A stretch of 63,059 bases of DNA, filler included, from Octopus bimaculoides (lineage: Eukaryota), in NCBI RefSeq assembly GCF_001194135.2. It is 5 parts of 5 records of this genome, joined end to end, with 100 filler letters (N's around TTAATTAATTAA, not from the genome) between each part and the next. Parts side by side here need not be neighbours in the genome. Positions count along the whole stretch, not along the records: positions 1 to 13,062 come from NC_068985.1; positions 13,163 to 33,192 come from NC_069000.1; 3 more parts are not named here. One strand, written 5' to 3'. The notes beneath the pieces were generated by a model that did no database searches, had not been told where the DNA came from, and saw nothing but the letters and a program-made list of their open reading frames with translations. The position numbers and the translations under genes are program-made. Of this stretch, positions 12,666 through 26,245 are shown piece after piece (within the stretch, counting starts at the first letter, position 1; each line of letters opens with the position of its first letter).

Positions 12666-13048
12666 TGTAGTGGCGCGTGTGGCCGCCATTGGCCGCCATC
12701 TTGGGAGTGCCATTCCGCATGTGCAAGGGACTTGCCGTCAGCGGAAGTACCCGGGCACGCATGCGCAATGCAACAGGTGGAGAGAGAGCAATAGCGTTGT
12801 CCTCTTCTCTATCTAGCACCGGTCGTGACAACACGTATCTTCCAGTGCTCTCTCAACTCGATACCGACATGTGGTCGAAGCTTCTTTGGTATTCTAGCGG
12901 CATGCCTGTTCACCCAGGAACGAAACGGCTCTACACCAACCTAGAATAAATTATTGATCTGTTGTTACCGTTATCCCTCGTGTTGTATTTCTGGATTTTA
13001 ATGATTAATATAAGAACTAGGGAGAGATGGCCGAGCCGTCATATCTCA
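12666..13048 (+). other. GC/CpG-rich island: LTR-like sequence or housekeeping-type promoter
   Basis: Starts TGTAGTG; contains GCCGCCATCTT (YY1-like), GCGGAAGT (ETS-like), CGCATGCGCA (NRF1-like), AATAAA near 12945 followed by a GT-rich tract, and TGGCCGAGCC near 13028. Confidence 0.45.
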
Positions 13049-13106
13049 TCCAATTCTTATAANNNNNNNNNNNNNNNNNNNNNNNNNNNNNNNNNNNNNN
13101 NNNNNN

Positions 13107-13118
13107 TTAATTAATTAA
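13107..13118. other. Artificial scaffold linker TTAATTAATTAA within 44N+44N
   Basis: Identical 100-bp construct occurs four times in the window; it has stop codons in all six frames. Confidence 0.95.
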
Positions 13119-13199
13119 NNNNNNNNNNNNNNNNNNNNNNNNNNNNNNNNNNNNNNNNNNNNAGTTAAAAAAAAACAATAACAAAAAAACAAAAAAACA

Positions 13200-13360
13200 A
13201 CAAAGTGAGGACGTGATATGGATAGTATTATTGGACGCTCAGGAAAGGAAAGAGAGAGTGTATGACGTTTCGGGCGTAGCCCTTCGTCGGAAAGATGGAA
13301 AGTTCGGAGAATGGAAGAACGGAGAAAGAGGAAAATGGTACCGATGCCCACGAGGTTACA
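13200..13360 (-). mobile_element. Penelope-like element terminal-repeat relic with degenerate hammerhead core
   Basis: Minus strand 13290-13267: CCGACGA-A-GGGC-TAC-GCCC-GAAAC; the canonical CUGA is changed to CCGA. Confidence 0.5.
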
Positions 13361-14688
13361 TGATATATATATATATACGCATACATAGATATACAAGTAT
13401 ATATGCATGTATGAATATATATGTATGTGTATACGTAATAAAGACAATATGAAGAAAAATCTAGAATTATACATCCTAAAAATGTGTTTATGAGAGAATT
13501 ATTTTTTATCAAATTCACTTTAGATACCAACCGCACACGTGTTTCTGTTACATAAGCATCCTAATATATTTCGATGTAGCATTTATAGACAATTATGCAA
13601 CAGAAACATGTGTCGCATTGGAATCTGGAGTGAATTTAATGGCATAAAAACTATAATAAACAAATTTTGAAGATGTATAATTCTCCATTCTTCCTCATGA
13701 TATCTTGAGTACAATCTGTATTTTGCATGAAATCTGATGAATTAAACTCTGGATATAGCGAATTGAATGAAGCACCGTGTAATTGTTTATCTTTAAACAG
13801 ATTTGTATGTTGCCTATAGTTTGGGGTGGTTAGTTAGATCTGGAGTATATCAGAGTGCTAGTTCGTCATTTTGAAGTCGATAAAATAAGTACCATTTGAG
13901 TGCTGAGTCCCCTCCCCTTACTTCCTCCCCTTGTGCTACAATTTGAAACCACAACATCAGAATACTGATAAGGCACCTTCCCCAATTCCGGATCCCCGTT
14001 CCTTTACCTTATATACGTATACGCGTTTTTATATCGTGTGAATAAATTTACGTATATATATGTTTCTGTGTATGCGTTCGTATAAACAAGCATAGACATA
14101 TAAATATGTACACCCACACACACACACACACGTATATATNNNNNNNNNNNNNNNNNNNNNNNNNNNNNNNNNNNNNNNNNNNNNNNNNNNNNNNNNNNNN
14201 NNNNNNNNNNNNNNNNNNNNNNNNNNNNNNNNNNNNNNNNNNNNNNNNNNNNNNNNNNNNNNNNNNNNNNNNNNNNNNNNNNNNNNNNNNNNNNNNNNNN
14301 NNNNNNNTATATGTATTTATGTATGTATGTATGTATTTATGCATGTATAATAAATATGGAAGGGATGACTATTCTGAGTGTATATTGTTTAGTATTTGCG
14401 TCGTGTACATGTAGTGGAAAAAATTACATTTGTCATTATTTTTCATTAGTTTCATTATTTTTGGCTTGATATAATCTTAATTTTACATACATGCTGGAAA
14501 ACGAAATATTTCTAAACAACGCGAAATAATCTCATTTGTATATATTTATATATATGTATATATATATTTATGTATATATATACATATCTATCTATCTCTA
14601 TGTATATATTTTTGTTTATGTATATACATATTTATATATATTTACATATGTATATACATTTCTATATATATATATTTATATATGTATA

Positions 14689-14741
<53 letters not shown>

Positions 14742-16202
14742 GGACATATTTTTTATACGCATGTATACCTTTATATATTTGTATGTATATAACTTAATTT
14801 TATAATTATACCTAAAATTTAAGATCAGAAAATATCGTAAAATTATGCATTACCTAATGATAAACACAGTTGTTTGTGTGACTTCTCTCACTGTCTCTTT
14901 GCCATCTCTCTCCCACCCTAACTAGTTCTCCGCCTCCTTCCTTCCTCTTCCTGTGTAGTTGTTTGTGAATGTTTCAAACCAACTCTTCGCCTCCTTCTTT
15001 CAGGCGCCGTATTCAACACATTTACATACGAACATTTTAATCCTCATTAATTTTCTCCTTCTCTATCGTAACATTACGTAAAATTCTTCAAACATACCTA
15101 AAGGCATAACGAACACGCGTTGTATCACCGGAGAAAAAGTTTTGTTTCACAAATTGAAAAAATCTTCGGAGTATATTTCAAGTCTCTTTAAACAGGATAT
15201 TTATTATAAACTTCAAAATATAATTCCATTCATTATATTCTCACCGTTTCTCTAAGGTTTTCGTAGTTATTCCTTCAATATATTTTAGCAATATTGTTAC
15301 ATGACCCGTATTCTGCACACAATAATATATATATATAAATATTATCAACAATAATAAAAGTATATATATATATANNNNNNNNNNNNNNNNNNNNNNNNNN
15401 NNNNNNNNNNNNNNNNNNNNNNNNNNNNNNNNNNNNNNNNNNNNNNNNNNNNNNNNNNNNNNNNNNNNNNNNNNNNNNNNNNNNNNNNNNNNNNNNNNNN
15501 NNNNNNNNNNNNNNNNNNNNNNNNNNNNNNNNNNNNNNNNNNNNNNNNNNNNNNNNNNNNNNNNNNNNNNNNNNNNNNNNNNNNNNNNNNNNNNNNNNNN
15601 NNNNNNNNNNNNNNNNNNNNNNNNNNNNNNNNNNNNNNNNNNNNNNNNNNNNNNNNNNNNNNNNNNNNNNNNNNNNNNNNNNNNNNNNNNTATATATATA
15701 TATATATATGTATATACAGCCTCAAACAGACCTACACATATTTCTACTGCAATGATTACTGACCGTTGCAATTGCAGCTCTTCTATAATACTGGTGCAGT
15801 TTCTTCAAGGTCTTTAATTTAATATCCTTCGATTTAACTCTTTTAAAGTCTTTCGTTCATCTACTCTGCGTTCTATGATGTAGAATTGTATACACATACA
15901 TGTATGTGTATACACGTATTGCATGCGTTTGCAAATATTAAAACAGGTATGTACATATAGAAATATACATGTATGTATAGATATATGCTTATATGTATTA
16001 ATATGCGTATATTAAATATAAAGAAGAGTAGAGCTTAAATTTTTACGTTTTAGTAAGAAATATATGTTGATTTATATATTAATCTGAAGATATTTATAAG
16101 ATATCTATATATAAGATATCTATATATATAAGATATATATAAGATATCTATATATCTGCATCGTGATAAAGTATGCACACACGTGCGTTGTTCTGTTTCC
16201 TC

Positions 16203-16204
<2 letters not shown>

Positions 16205-16268
<64 letters not shown>
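16205..16268. repeat. (TG)n microsatellite
   Basis: Directly visible. Confidence 0.97.
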
Positions 16269-16273
<5 letters not shown>

Positions 16274-17119
16274 ATGTTCAGATGTTTATTTGTAAGGAAA
16301 ATCTCGTATATATGCATATATGTTTGCAACAGGATTTACACGCATATTTGTAAGCGGAGATCTATATATATATATATATATATGTAAATATATAAGCACA
16401 TACATGGAAGTGTACACAATTATACACACATGCACGGACACACACAGATATAATTCTTACTAGAATTAGTGATTAAAGATTCGTGAGGAAGATTATTGTA
16501 ATTCGACAACGCAATTTCAGATGCAAAATTATTCGTTGTGACTGTCTCTGGCGATCAGCATCTGAAATACAAATTTAAATGCATGCACACCTGCATATAT
16601 ATATATATATATATATATANNNNNNNNNNNNNNNNNNNNNNNNNNNNNNNNNNNNNNNNNNNNNNNNNNNNNNNNNNNNNNNNNNNNNNNNNNNNNNNNN
16701 NNNNNNNNNNNNNNNNNNNNNNNNNNNNNNNNNNNNNNNNNNNNNNNNNNNNNNNNNNNNNNNNNNNNNNNNNNNNNNNNNNNNNNNNNNNNNNNNNNNN
16801 NNNNNNNNNNNNNNNNNNNNNNNNNNNNNNNNNNNNNNNNNNNNNNNNNNNNNNNNNNNNNNNNNNNNNNNNNNNNNNNNNNNNNNNNNNNNNNNNNNNN
16901 NNNNNNNNNNNNNNNNNNNNNNNNNNNNNNNNNNNNNNNNNNNNNNNNNNNNNNNNNNNNNNNNNNNNNNNNNNNNNNNNNNNNNNNNNNNNNNNNNNNN
17001 NNNNNNNNNNNNNNNNNNNNNNNNNNNNNNNNNNNNNNNNNNNNNNNNNNNNNNNNNNNNNNNNNNATATATACATATATATGCATATATATGTATGTGT
17101 GGGTGCGCCTGTGTGTTTA

Positions 17120-17169
<50 letters not shown>

Positions 17170-17950
17170 GCATAAATGTGAAATTACATCTCGCACTAAT
17201 AGCATAACATGAATATAACGAGAATCAAATTTCCATCATCGAAAGTTTTAGCAAGGAAAACCTTCTCAATTAATGTTCCATATCGATACACGAAGGGTCC
17301 AATCGCTTAGCTCCTTAAACATTTCTATTTCTTATTCTCTTCGTATACACTCATACACACATGCACGCACAAACACATACAAACACACAAGCGCGCACAC
17401 AGACACACACACACACACCTACACGAGGGCGCAGCAATTGATAAATAATAGACAGAATTAGATTTTAAGCATATATATATATATGCACACCTAAATCATA
17501 TAGATAAATGTATATGTGTGTATATATAGATATGTGTGTATGTGTGTATGTGTGTGTGTGAGTGGCTGCTCTTTCTAGCGGGTTAGATGTCCTTTTATGG
17601 GCATCTCTAACGTGTATTAAATGTACACTGTATATTATATATATATACAGTAACGAGCAAAAAACAGAACGATTTATATTCTTTTAGATTTTGGAAAAGC
17701 TAGTAAACGTACAAATTCGTAATTGGTTTCGTAAATACGGTTAACCATTTGGTAAATTCTGTGAAAAATCTAAGTGTGTACAATGGTCTTAATAAAAGTT
17801 AGTAAGACTAAAACTAATTTTGTCCAAATGTCTCATGTGCAAGAATAAGAGAACGATCAAACCAGAAAATCCTTCAATTAACTTAAAACCATAAAAATGA
17901 TTGAATGAAATGTAAATATGAACTTAATACACTTAGTATGATGTTTGTAG

Positions 17951-18163
17951 ACCTTTGTTGGAGATCATGTCTGCAGATCGATTGCTACAGGACATAAAAA
18001 GTTTCCTGAAGAAGTCAGGTTTTACAAGACATCTGTAATAGTGGAGTTGTGGTCTCTCGAAATGGATAGGACTAAATATGAAAGTGATTTGGCTGCTGTT
18101 TCTAGCCAGTCGAACGATCACAGCTGTATGGATGGATCTTCTGATAGTGAGAGCGCAGCATGA
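17951..18163 (+). CDS. Candidate terminal coding exon, product unassigned (70 aa)
   Basis: After TTTGTAG acceptor, open to TGA: TFVGDHVCRSIATGHKKFPEEVRFYKTSVIVELWSLEMDRTKYESDLAAVSSQSNDHSCMDGSSDSESAA*. GC is higher than the flanks. Not in the ORF track because it has no start codon at its 5' end. Confidence 0.4.
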   Translation, partial: TFVGDHVCRSIATGHKKFPEEVRFYKTSVIVELWSLEMDRTKYESDLAAVSSQSNDHSCMDGSSDSESAA

Positions 18164-18562
18164 TCACCTAAAACAAACGCGAAGTGCTGAAGAGAATGTT
18201 TTTTAAGGTGATATTTACCAACTATCGTGACTAAGAGACATTAAATCAATTTAAAAAATCTAAAATAAGTGAAACTAAATCTAAAATATGTAATAAATTA
18301 TAATTGTATATGTTGGACACGAAAGATTCCACTCATGTTTAAATTGCATATCGATGTTCGAAAGATTAAACGGAATTTATTTTTATCCTCATAGAACGAT
18401 CGTTAATATTTATTACTATAACAAACTAAATCTGTGTGTGGCTGTGAGCGTATGCATACATTCAAGCATACATATATACGCATATCTGTGTGTACACNNN
18501 NNNNNNNATACACACACACATAAATTTACGTGCGTATCAAAGTATGCATGTATGTATGTACG

Positions 18563-18617
<55 letters not shown>

Positions 18618-19209
18618 ATATATTTGTATATATATATATGTGTGTATATATGATCTGTTTTGTAACCAATTATATAATCACACATACGTATGCGCACATA
18701 CTGCTATGTCTCCGATCATCCGTTTCGTTTCTACTTGTGTTTATATTTAAAAACGAAAACAAATTTAGCGGATTATTTACGACATATGTGCATGTTAGTT
18801 GCAGTTTACTGTCAAATAGCGTGTATGTAGATACCAATACAACCATATCGCGTTGCCACTTAGTTTACACCTCTTGGTATATGTGTGCCTTGAAAAGCAG
18901 TGCATTTTCCTCTAATTATTCGGGCTATTCTTGTGACAGTATTTATTGTGAGCTGAATTTTTATCCGTGATTTTTCTTTTCTAAATATTTCTGCTAAAAT
19001 AACAATGTCGGATGTAACATGCTAAGCAATTTACGTCTTCTCTTTAAACATCTGTAGACATCCCGGCATCCTATCCATTGATATTGTTTTCTTGGTGATA
19101 TAATTCCTGTAGTTAATGCGAGACATTAAACACTTTGTTCTGAATTGTCTGGGAGGTAACTTGAAGCTGCTTGAACACTGCTTCTTCCTGCAACTCTGCA
19201 CATGGTAAT

Positions 19210-19219
19210 ATATATGTGT

Positions 19220-19263
<44 letters not shown>

Positions 19264-19364
19264 GAGATGGAGAGAGTGAGAGAGTAAAAGAGTGAGAGAG
19301 AGTGATAGAGTGAGAGAGAGTATGTACGTATGTATCTATATATATGAATACATACATATATGTG

Positions 19365-19436
<72 letters not shown>
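19210..19436. repeat. Compound (TG)n-(AG)n-(TA)n microsatellite
   Basis: Directly visible. Confidence 0.95.
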
Positions 19437-19439
<3 letters not shown>

Positions 19440-20333
19440 GGGGTGTGTCACAAGTATCGACACTATAGTGATCCTAGATCCAACAGAGAAAAATTACAAT
19501 TAAAAAACACAGCAAAATTATAACAGATAAAACAATTAAATAAAAAGGATCCACAAGTATGGCAATAGATTTGTATATATCTCAAATAATATTAATCCAA
19601 ATTCATTTAAGTCAAACATAGTCTTTGGCTGTTATAATAACATGCAATAACAATATATAAGTGTACAAATTAAGTATCAGGGTCTCACTTAATCTAGAGA
19701 CTGTAATTAAACGTGTATATAAATATATATGATAATATTGTATGGTATTGGGAACATATACCAACTCTTCCCTTTTCTTTAAAGTTATTGATATAAAAAT
19801 ATCGTTTAGAATATCTAACAGAAAAAAATGTTCTTTATTTACTTAGTTTGTCGGAGGAGAAATTCCGTAATAAATATGAAGAGAAACCTAACAATAAATG
19901 TTCTTAATTGACTTAGTTTTGTCTGAGGGAGCATTTTGTTATCAATATGAACAGAAACAAAATGCTACAATAACTATATTACCCCGCTGATAACGATATT
20001 ACAATAACCTATATTACCCCGTTGATATAGAGTCAGGTTATAATAATAGATATCAAAATATTACAAGTTTTTCAGAAGTAATCAAATATGAAGTTACATA
20101 AAGATTATTCACAGTAACTAAAAGTAAATGTCCCTAAATAGGTATCTTATGGAAGGGAGAACTCAGTAAATAAAATAACGTAAGGTAAACAAAAACATAA
20201 GGGATGGAATACATATGCACGATAAATGTAATCAATATTATTATTTAGATAAACGATTATAAATAGTATTTATGCAAATTCTATTAATATATATATATAT
20301 TTGTACATATATGTATGTATACCGAACGTATAT

Positions 20334-20374
<41 letters not shown>

Positions 20375-21405
20375 AATATATATATATATTTGTATATATG
20401 TGTGTGCATGTATATATATATATATGTGTGTGTGTGTTTATATTGTGTAGAGTATAAAATATGTATATATATATATATATCTCGTCTTTTATCCATGTAA
20501 CTATCTATCTATCTTTCTATACATGTATATGTATATATATGTTTGTGTGTGTATGTGTGTAGGTTTTTCAAAATATATATGTTGATAGACACATATGCGT
20601 ACATTTTGGTGCAGTTACTTGTTTGGCTTGTAGCTCGTTCGTATTTACCTTCATTAACAGATGCCTGCCTACCATTCAGATATATATGTATGATGTTAGA
20701 TAAGCAATTCTGAGATAATTATACACAAACAAATGTGATGATGATGATGCAAATTAAATAGAACAGCGTTAGGAATGCAAAGAGAATCCATTGATACTAC
20801 TTCGTAGATTTCAATCGCTATAAATGATTGGCATATTTGTTTGTGTTGAAATATAGAGAGTAAGAGACTAAATTATGGTATTAAAACATTGAAAGACATT
20901 AACGTAAATACTCGTGTCATGTGCAGATGTTTTTCAGAACTTTTGCTAGTTATGATTTTGCTTCAAGAATTGAAATGAATGCCTCCGTTAATTGCTTTCT
21001 TCACCTGAGTATTTCGTCTTTTCTTATTCATGGAAGTATTTCATTCAATGAAATTGAAATCTTGAGAGACAGCTAAGAAGTATCAAAGTGGTATTTAACG
21101 AAATTTTCGATCGACATGTTAGCTTCCGAGTTGCAAAATGGTGGGTCCAGACAATAGAAGACGATATNNNNNNNNNNNNNNNNNNNNNNNNNNNNNNNNN
21201 NNNNNNNNNNNNNNNNNNNNNNNNNNNNNNNNNNNNNNNNNNNNNNNNNNNNNNNNNNNNNNNNNNNNNNNNNNNNNNNNNNNNNNNNNNNNNNNNNNNN
21301 NNNNNNNNNNNNNNNNNNNNNNNNNNNNNNNNNNNNNNNNNNNNNNNNNNNNNNNNNNNNNNNNNNNNNNNNNNNNNNNNNNNNNNNNNNNNNNNNNNNN
21401 NNNNN

Positions 21406-21447
21406 GCTCGGCTCGGCTCGGCTCGGCTCGGGTCGGCTCGGCTCGGC
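21406..21447. repeat. (GCTCG)n pentanucleotide repeat abutting a gap
   Basis: About 8 visible units, one variant GGTCG. Confidence 0.95.
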
Positions 21448-21589
21448 TGATCTGACACTAACTTACCTCATCAGTTCAAGCTTACGTTTTCTACAATATT
21501 TCAGGAGCTACAAGTAGCAAATAAGTCTTATTTGAAACAAACATAGGAAACCATTAATTCTTGAGTAAAATAATTATTTCCACCATTGT

Positions 21590-21780
21590 CTCAAGGCCTG
21601 GAATCTTGGGGCAGGGTGCTACAAGAAGACATTGATCCCCAGTTTTCAACGTATTTCGTTGGCCCCGAAATGAAGAAATGCTAATTCGACCTCGGCGGGA
21701 TTTAAACTCAGAACGTTAACAGAAATGTTGCAAAACCTTTTTCCGCCGCGGTAAAGTGTCATCCAGCAAGCTGCTGTACT
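21590..21780 (-). mobile_element. Decayed SINE family B copy
   Basis: TTCGACCTCGGCGGGATTTAAACTCAGAACG matches the family B body on the minus strand. Confidence 0.6.
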
Positions 21781-22282
21781 TGAGTAAAACAATAACAGTG
21801 AAAAGATGTAACCGAAGGGAAATTGAACAAACGACAGTAAGATTAATATTTAATGAATAACACAGGAAATAATTTTGATGTATTAGGAAATATGTACCTC
21901 TTTTATCTAGAGAGTTTTAATTATTATTCAATTTCCTTAATTAAATAATGATTTTAATAACAACGGCTACGAGCTATAAATCATTTTGTGCATTGGGGCT
22001 AAACAGGAGTACATGAGCATATGTATGTATATATGTCTATGAATTTATTTTTCTCTCTCTCTCTCTCTCTCTCTCCTCGTCACTCTCATTTCTCTCTCCC
22101 CTCTCTCTGTTCAGAAAAGCAAGAACTGCTATGAATGATTTAGTTCCAAATACACCTTTGTCTCCTGCGTCCGACGTACGGCACTTGTCTTGTCGTTTAC
22201 CGTACACTATGTGTTTGACAGATAGAGGATAGGCATACATTCTTCATTACGAGTTATACATACATACATACATACATGTATA

Positions 22283-22319
<37 letters not shown>

Positions 22320-25300
22320 NNNNNNNNNNNNNNNNNNNNNNNNNNNNNNNNNNNNNNNNNNNNNNNNNNNNNNNNNNNNNNNNNNNNNNNNNNNNNNNNN
22401 NNNNNNNNNNNNNNNNNNNNNNNNNNNNNNNNNNNNNNNNNNNNNNNNNNNNNNNNNNNNNNNNNNNNNNNNNNNNNNNNNNNNNNNNNNNNNNNNNNNN
22501 NNNNNNNNNNNNNNNNNNNNNNNNNNNNNNNNNNNNNNNNNNNNNNNNNNNNNNNNNNNNNNNNNNNNNNNNNNNNNNNNNNNNNNNNNNNNNNNNNNNN
22601 NNNNNNNNNNNNNNNNNNNNNNNNNNNNNNNNNNNNNNNNNNNNNNNNNNNNNNNNNNNNNNNNNNNNNNNNNNNNNNNNNNNNNNNNNNNNNNNNNNNN
22701 NNNNNNNNNNNNNNNNNNNNNNNNNNNNNNNNNNNNNNNNNNNNNNNNNNNNNNNNNNNNNNNNNNNNNNNNNNNNNNNNNNNNNNNNNNNNNNNNNNNN
22801 NNNNNNNNNNNNNNNNNNNNNNNNNNNNNNNNNNNNNNNNNNNNNNNNNNNNNNNNNNNNNNNNNNNNNNNNNNNNNNNNNNNNNNNNNNNNNNNNNNNN
22901 NNNNNNNNNNNNNNNNNNNNNNNNNNNNNNNNNNNNNNNNNNNNNNNNNNNNNNNNNNNNNNNNNNNNNNNNNNNNNNNNNNNNNNNNNNNNNNNNNNNN
23001 NNNNNNNNNNNNNNNNNNNNNNNNNNNNNNNNNNNNNNNNNNNNNNNNNNNNNNNNNNNNNNNNNNNNNNNNNNNNNNNNNNNNNNNNNNNNNNNNNNNN
23101 NNNNNNNNNNNTATATATATATATATATATATATATATCATCTTTTCCTATTTTCAACCAGATGCTGGGGTCATGTAGGAGCACCGCCCTTCAGTATGTT
23201 TGAGTTTCTTGTCAGTATTGTTTTCGTCAGGGATGCGAGTTTGGTGAGGCTGTTTTTCTTTGTACCTCGTGCCGCGATGTAGGTTTAGCTGGTGTTTCAG
23301 ATAGAAATTTGTCCAGGCGCTCTTTCAAGACCTCTACATCTATACCTCCCTACTTATTATCGCTTATAGTCAATTTCCAGAACTTATATGAGGGAGAGAG
23401 AGAAAAGAGAAAGAAAACCAACTCCAAAACTCTCATGGTCTTTTATTTATGGATCTCGAAATGCAGGGAGCCAAATTCGATGCCATTGAAATTTGAAATC
23501 AAAAGCACAGAAAACTCTAGCAAATTGCACAACTCCCACGAACTAACAACTGATAATCTACCGTCTTCCCACACACATTTTAATGACAAAAATGAAAAAA
23601 GAGAATTTGTTTGTATAATCGTGGTTGGTGTAAGTATGAAGTTGAAAGCCTCAGCACAATAAACGTAAAATTGGTGCTATACAACATAGACGACCTTTTT
23701 ATTTGATTTCACTTAGATACCTCGCTCGACTATTACCTTGCTCACTCATACATGCAGATCTACAATACCATCTAGTAATATAGACGAGGAGAAAAAAAAC
23801 AAAGATATTATATTTACGTTGAATAAATTCCGTGTGATAATTTATAACACGTCAGTCTATAGCGTAACTATTTATTACAGATTTAAGTGCGAATAAGTGT
23901 CAGGGTGATTCAAAATTATAGCAGAGAGAAGTGCATCATAACAACAAACAGTTCAAAAGGTGGAATAAATTGTTCCTGGCGTGGCCTGAGAATGAGAAAA
24001 AGTCTAACATTTGGACATAACCATTACATCACACATTCATCGCTCCTACAAATGGTTAAATGTCACGTTTAACCTCAGCTCTTCCTCAAAGCAAACCAAT
24101 TTATTTCTCTTTTCAATTATTTATTCCAACTAATTGCTAGCATATACCACCATTTGCTTCCTAGAATCTCAATGTTTACATTCCATTATGTAAATATTCT
24201 CGCAGTAATGAGATGATTGCAATCAAGTATGGCTGCATCGCTTAAGTCGTTTGTTTTAAAACTACAACCATTTGAATCTCGTTTCAATCCCTCTGAGCGT
24301 CACTTTTTGAAAGTGTCGACTAGTTTCACCAATAATTTCTGAGCGGTATTTGAAAGGCAGAAACTGTGGAAATTATATATATATATGTGTGTGTGTGTGT
24401 GTGCGTGTGCAAAAATCATATCAAATAAATAAAGACAGTTATAGAGCTATTCAGTTTTTATTACGACGATCATTTATAGAATACATTTAATTTAAACTTC
24501 TGTCGAACAGAGATTTGGTTTAAATATACTGAATAAATGGCTGTAATAGAAAATATGTAGCCGTATGATTCTTATTTATTTCAATTATATTGGATATAGG
24601 CTGATGCTTAATTAGTTCCTATACTACGTGCATTTCTAGACAATATCGTAAAAGATTCACAAATTTGCAAAGGAACTCGACTGCTATGTCTGGTTTGGTT
24701 TAGCATATATGTACTCATTGACTGTTGCGTTGTTTCATGTCTCGGTGTTAGTTTAAACGTTTTTATTCCCGCCTCTGTGTATTTATATATTTGTGTGTCA
24801 GTGTGTGGGTATGTGCCTTTGAAAAATTTTAAACGGTTCCATATGTATGATTGTCGAGCCGAATGAGTGTGTTTGTGTGATAAAAATAGCCCGATGGCAA
24901 TGACATGTGTGGATGTAAAAATAGTAAAATGTTAAAGGTGAAATGCCTCCCTTTGTAACAAAAAATAGGTCACCTTCATATAAAGGCGAGCTATTTTGGA
25001 AATGAATAAAGCGGTTTATTGAATTAAAATTCGTATATTCATTCTCAAAATTCTCCCGAGACAACTATGTATGGCGAGTCACTATGACATTATTAAGAAT
25101 TACAACATGAAATATATTTGACGTGGGAAGAGAAAAAATTGTGTTTTTATTTTTAGATATTCTTTTTCCCTGTTGTTGTAACTGATCGAATGCGGTTATT
25201 GGATTCAACAAGATTTCTCCTCGTATGGAGGCATAATTAAATTCATTCTGTGTGTTTATTCAATGTTTTTGGATTAGTGATTCAAGATTAATAAACTTCC

Positions 25301-26142
25301 TAGCGTGCAAATTCGACAGAAAGCGCTTGATTATGAGCAATCTACTCTTTTATCTAAGAATCACCATTTCATAATGCAGTGTATATTTTTATTTTTTATA
25401 ACCCGGAAATTTATTGATCTCGCTTTGTCAATTCTACTTTGTAAAGTTCAAAATGTATAAGAATGTCAACAGAGTATGTTTTTAAATTGATTTGTAGTCA
25501 TCCCACTTCCCAATATAATCAATATTGTTTCACAAGACGTATCGGTGGTGGATTTTGCCTGCTGGTGTATACGCATTTGTTGGATGCAGTAGAGAGCATC
25601 ACGTGTTTTTTAAATACATCTGCTAGTTTAGTTAGGTTTGAATCTGATACTTATTTTAATTGAAAAGTCAGTCACCAGTTAATTGTTTTATATATATTGC
25701 ACCAACATGTAAAAGTAATATATACATTAGGGACCCTACAAGCGTTTACAATCCTTCAGTACTAACTAGAGGATAAATTATTTCCTGGCACTAAACAGAA
25801 TAGTTAGTTTCTATGATTTAATGTTTCGTAACAAATATGCGTTTGTTTGAAGGGATCACTGATGATGAACCAGAAGATAGTACAGCAACTGAAATGGCTG
25901 TGTACAATTAGGCAAATGATTTTTTGTATCACCTAGCGACCCACGCTGATTACCATTATCCATTCGCTTCCATCATAGTGGTTAGCTTACGACAGTATTT
26001 AGTAGAGCTACTAGCTATATTATACAGAGCATATGTAGGGAAACATTTAGATAGATATATATATAAACATAAATTATTAGTTCTTACGTACGTTTCAACA
26101 TAGCAGTTGTTATACTTGTTATTCTCTTAATTTTGCCATATC

Positions 26143-26245
26143 TACGTGGGGTACCCAAAAGAAACCGGAATTTTGCAATATTATTTTATTCACTTTTCCA
26201 TGTTAACACTTTTATCACCTTCGAAGTATTCTTCATTTGAAGCAC
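26143..26245 (-). mobile_element. Mariner 3' end with TIR
   Basis: TACGTGGGGTACCCAAAAGAAACCGGAAT resembles a mariner TIR; the minus strand reads ASNEEYFEGDKSVNMEK*, like a mariner transposase C-terminus (G.YFEGD). Confidence 0.65.

Noticed and set aside
13107-13118. Biological recurring palindromic element TTAATTAATTAA
   Set aside because: Always centred in exactly 44+44 N, so an assembly linker.
22115-22232. Plus-strand exon after a pyrimidine tract
   Set aside because: The tract is a (CT)n microsatellite and there is no supporting homology or donor.
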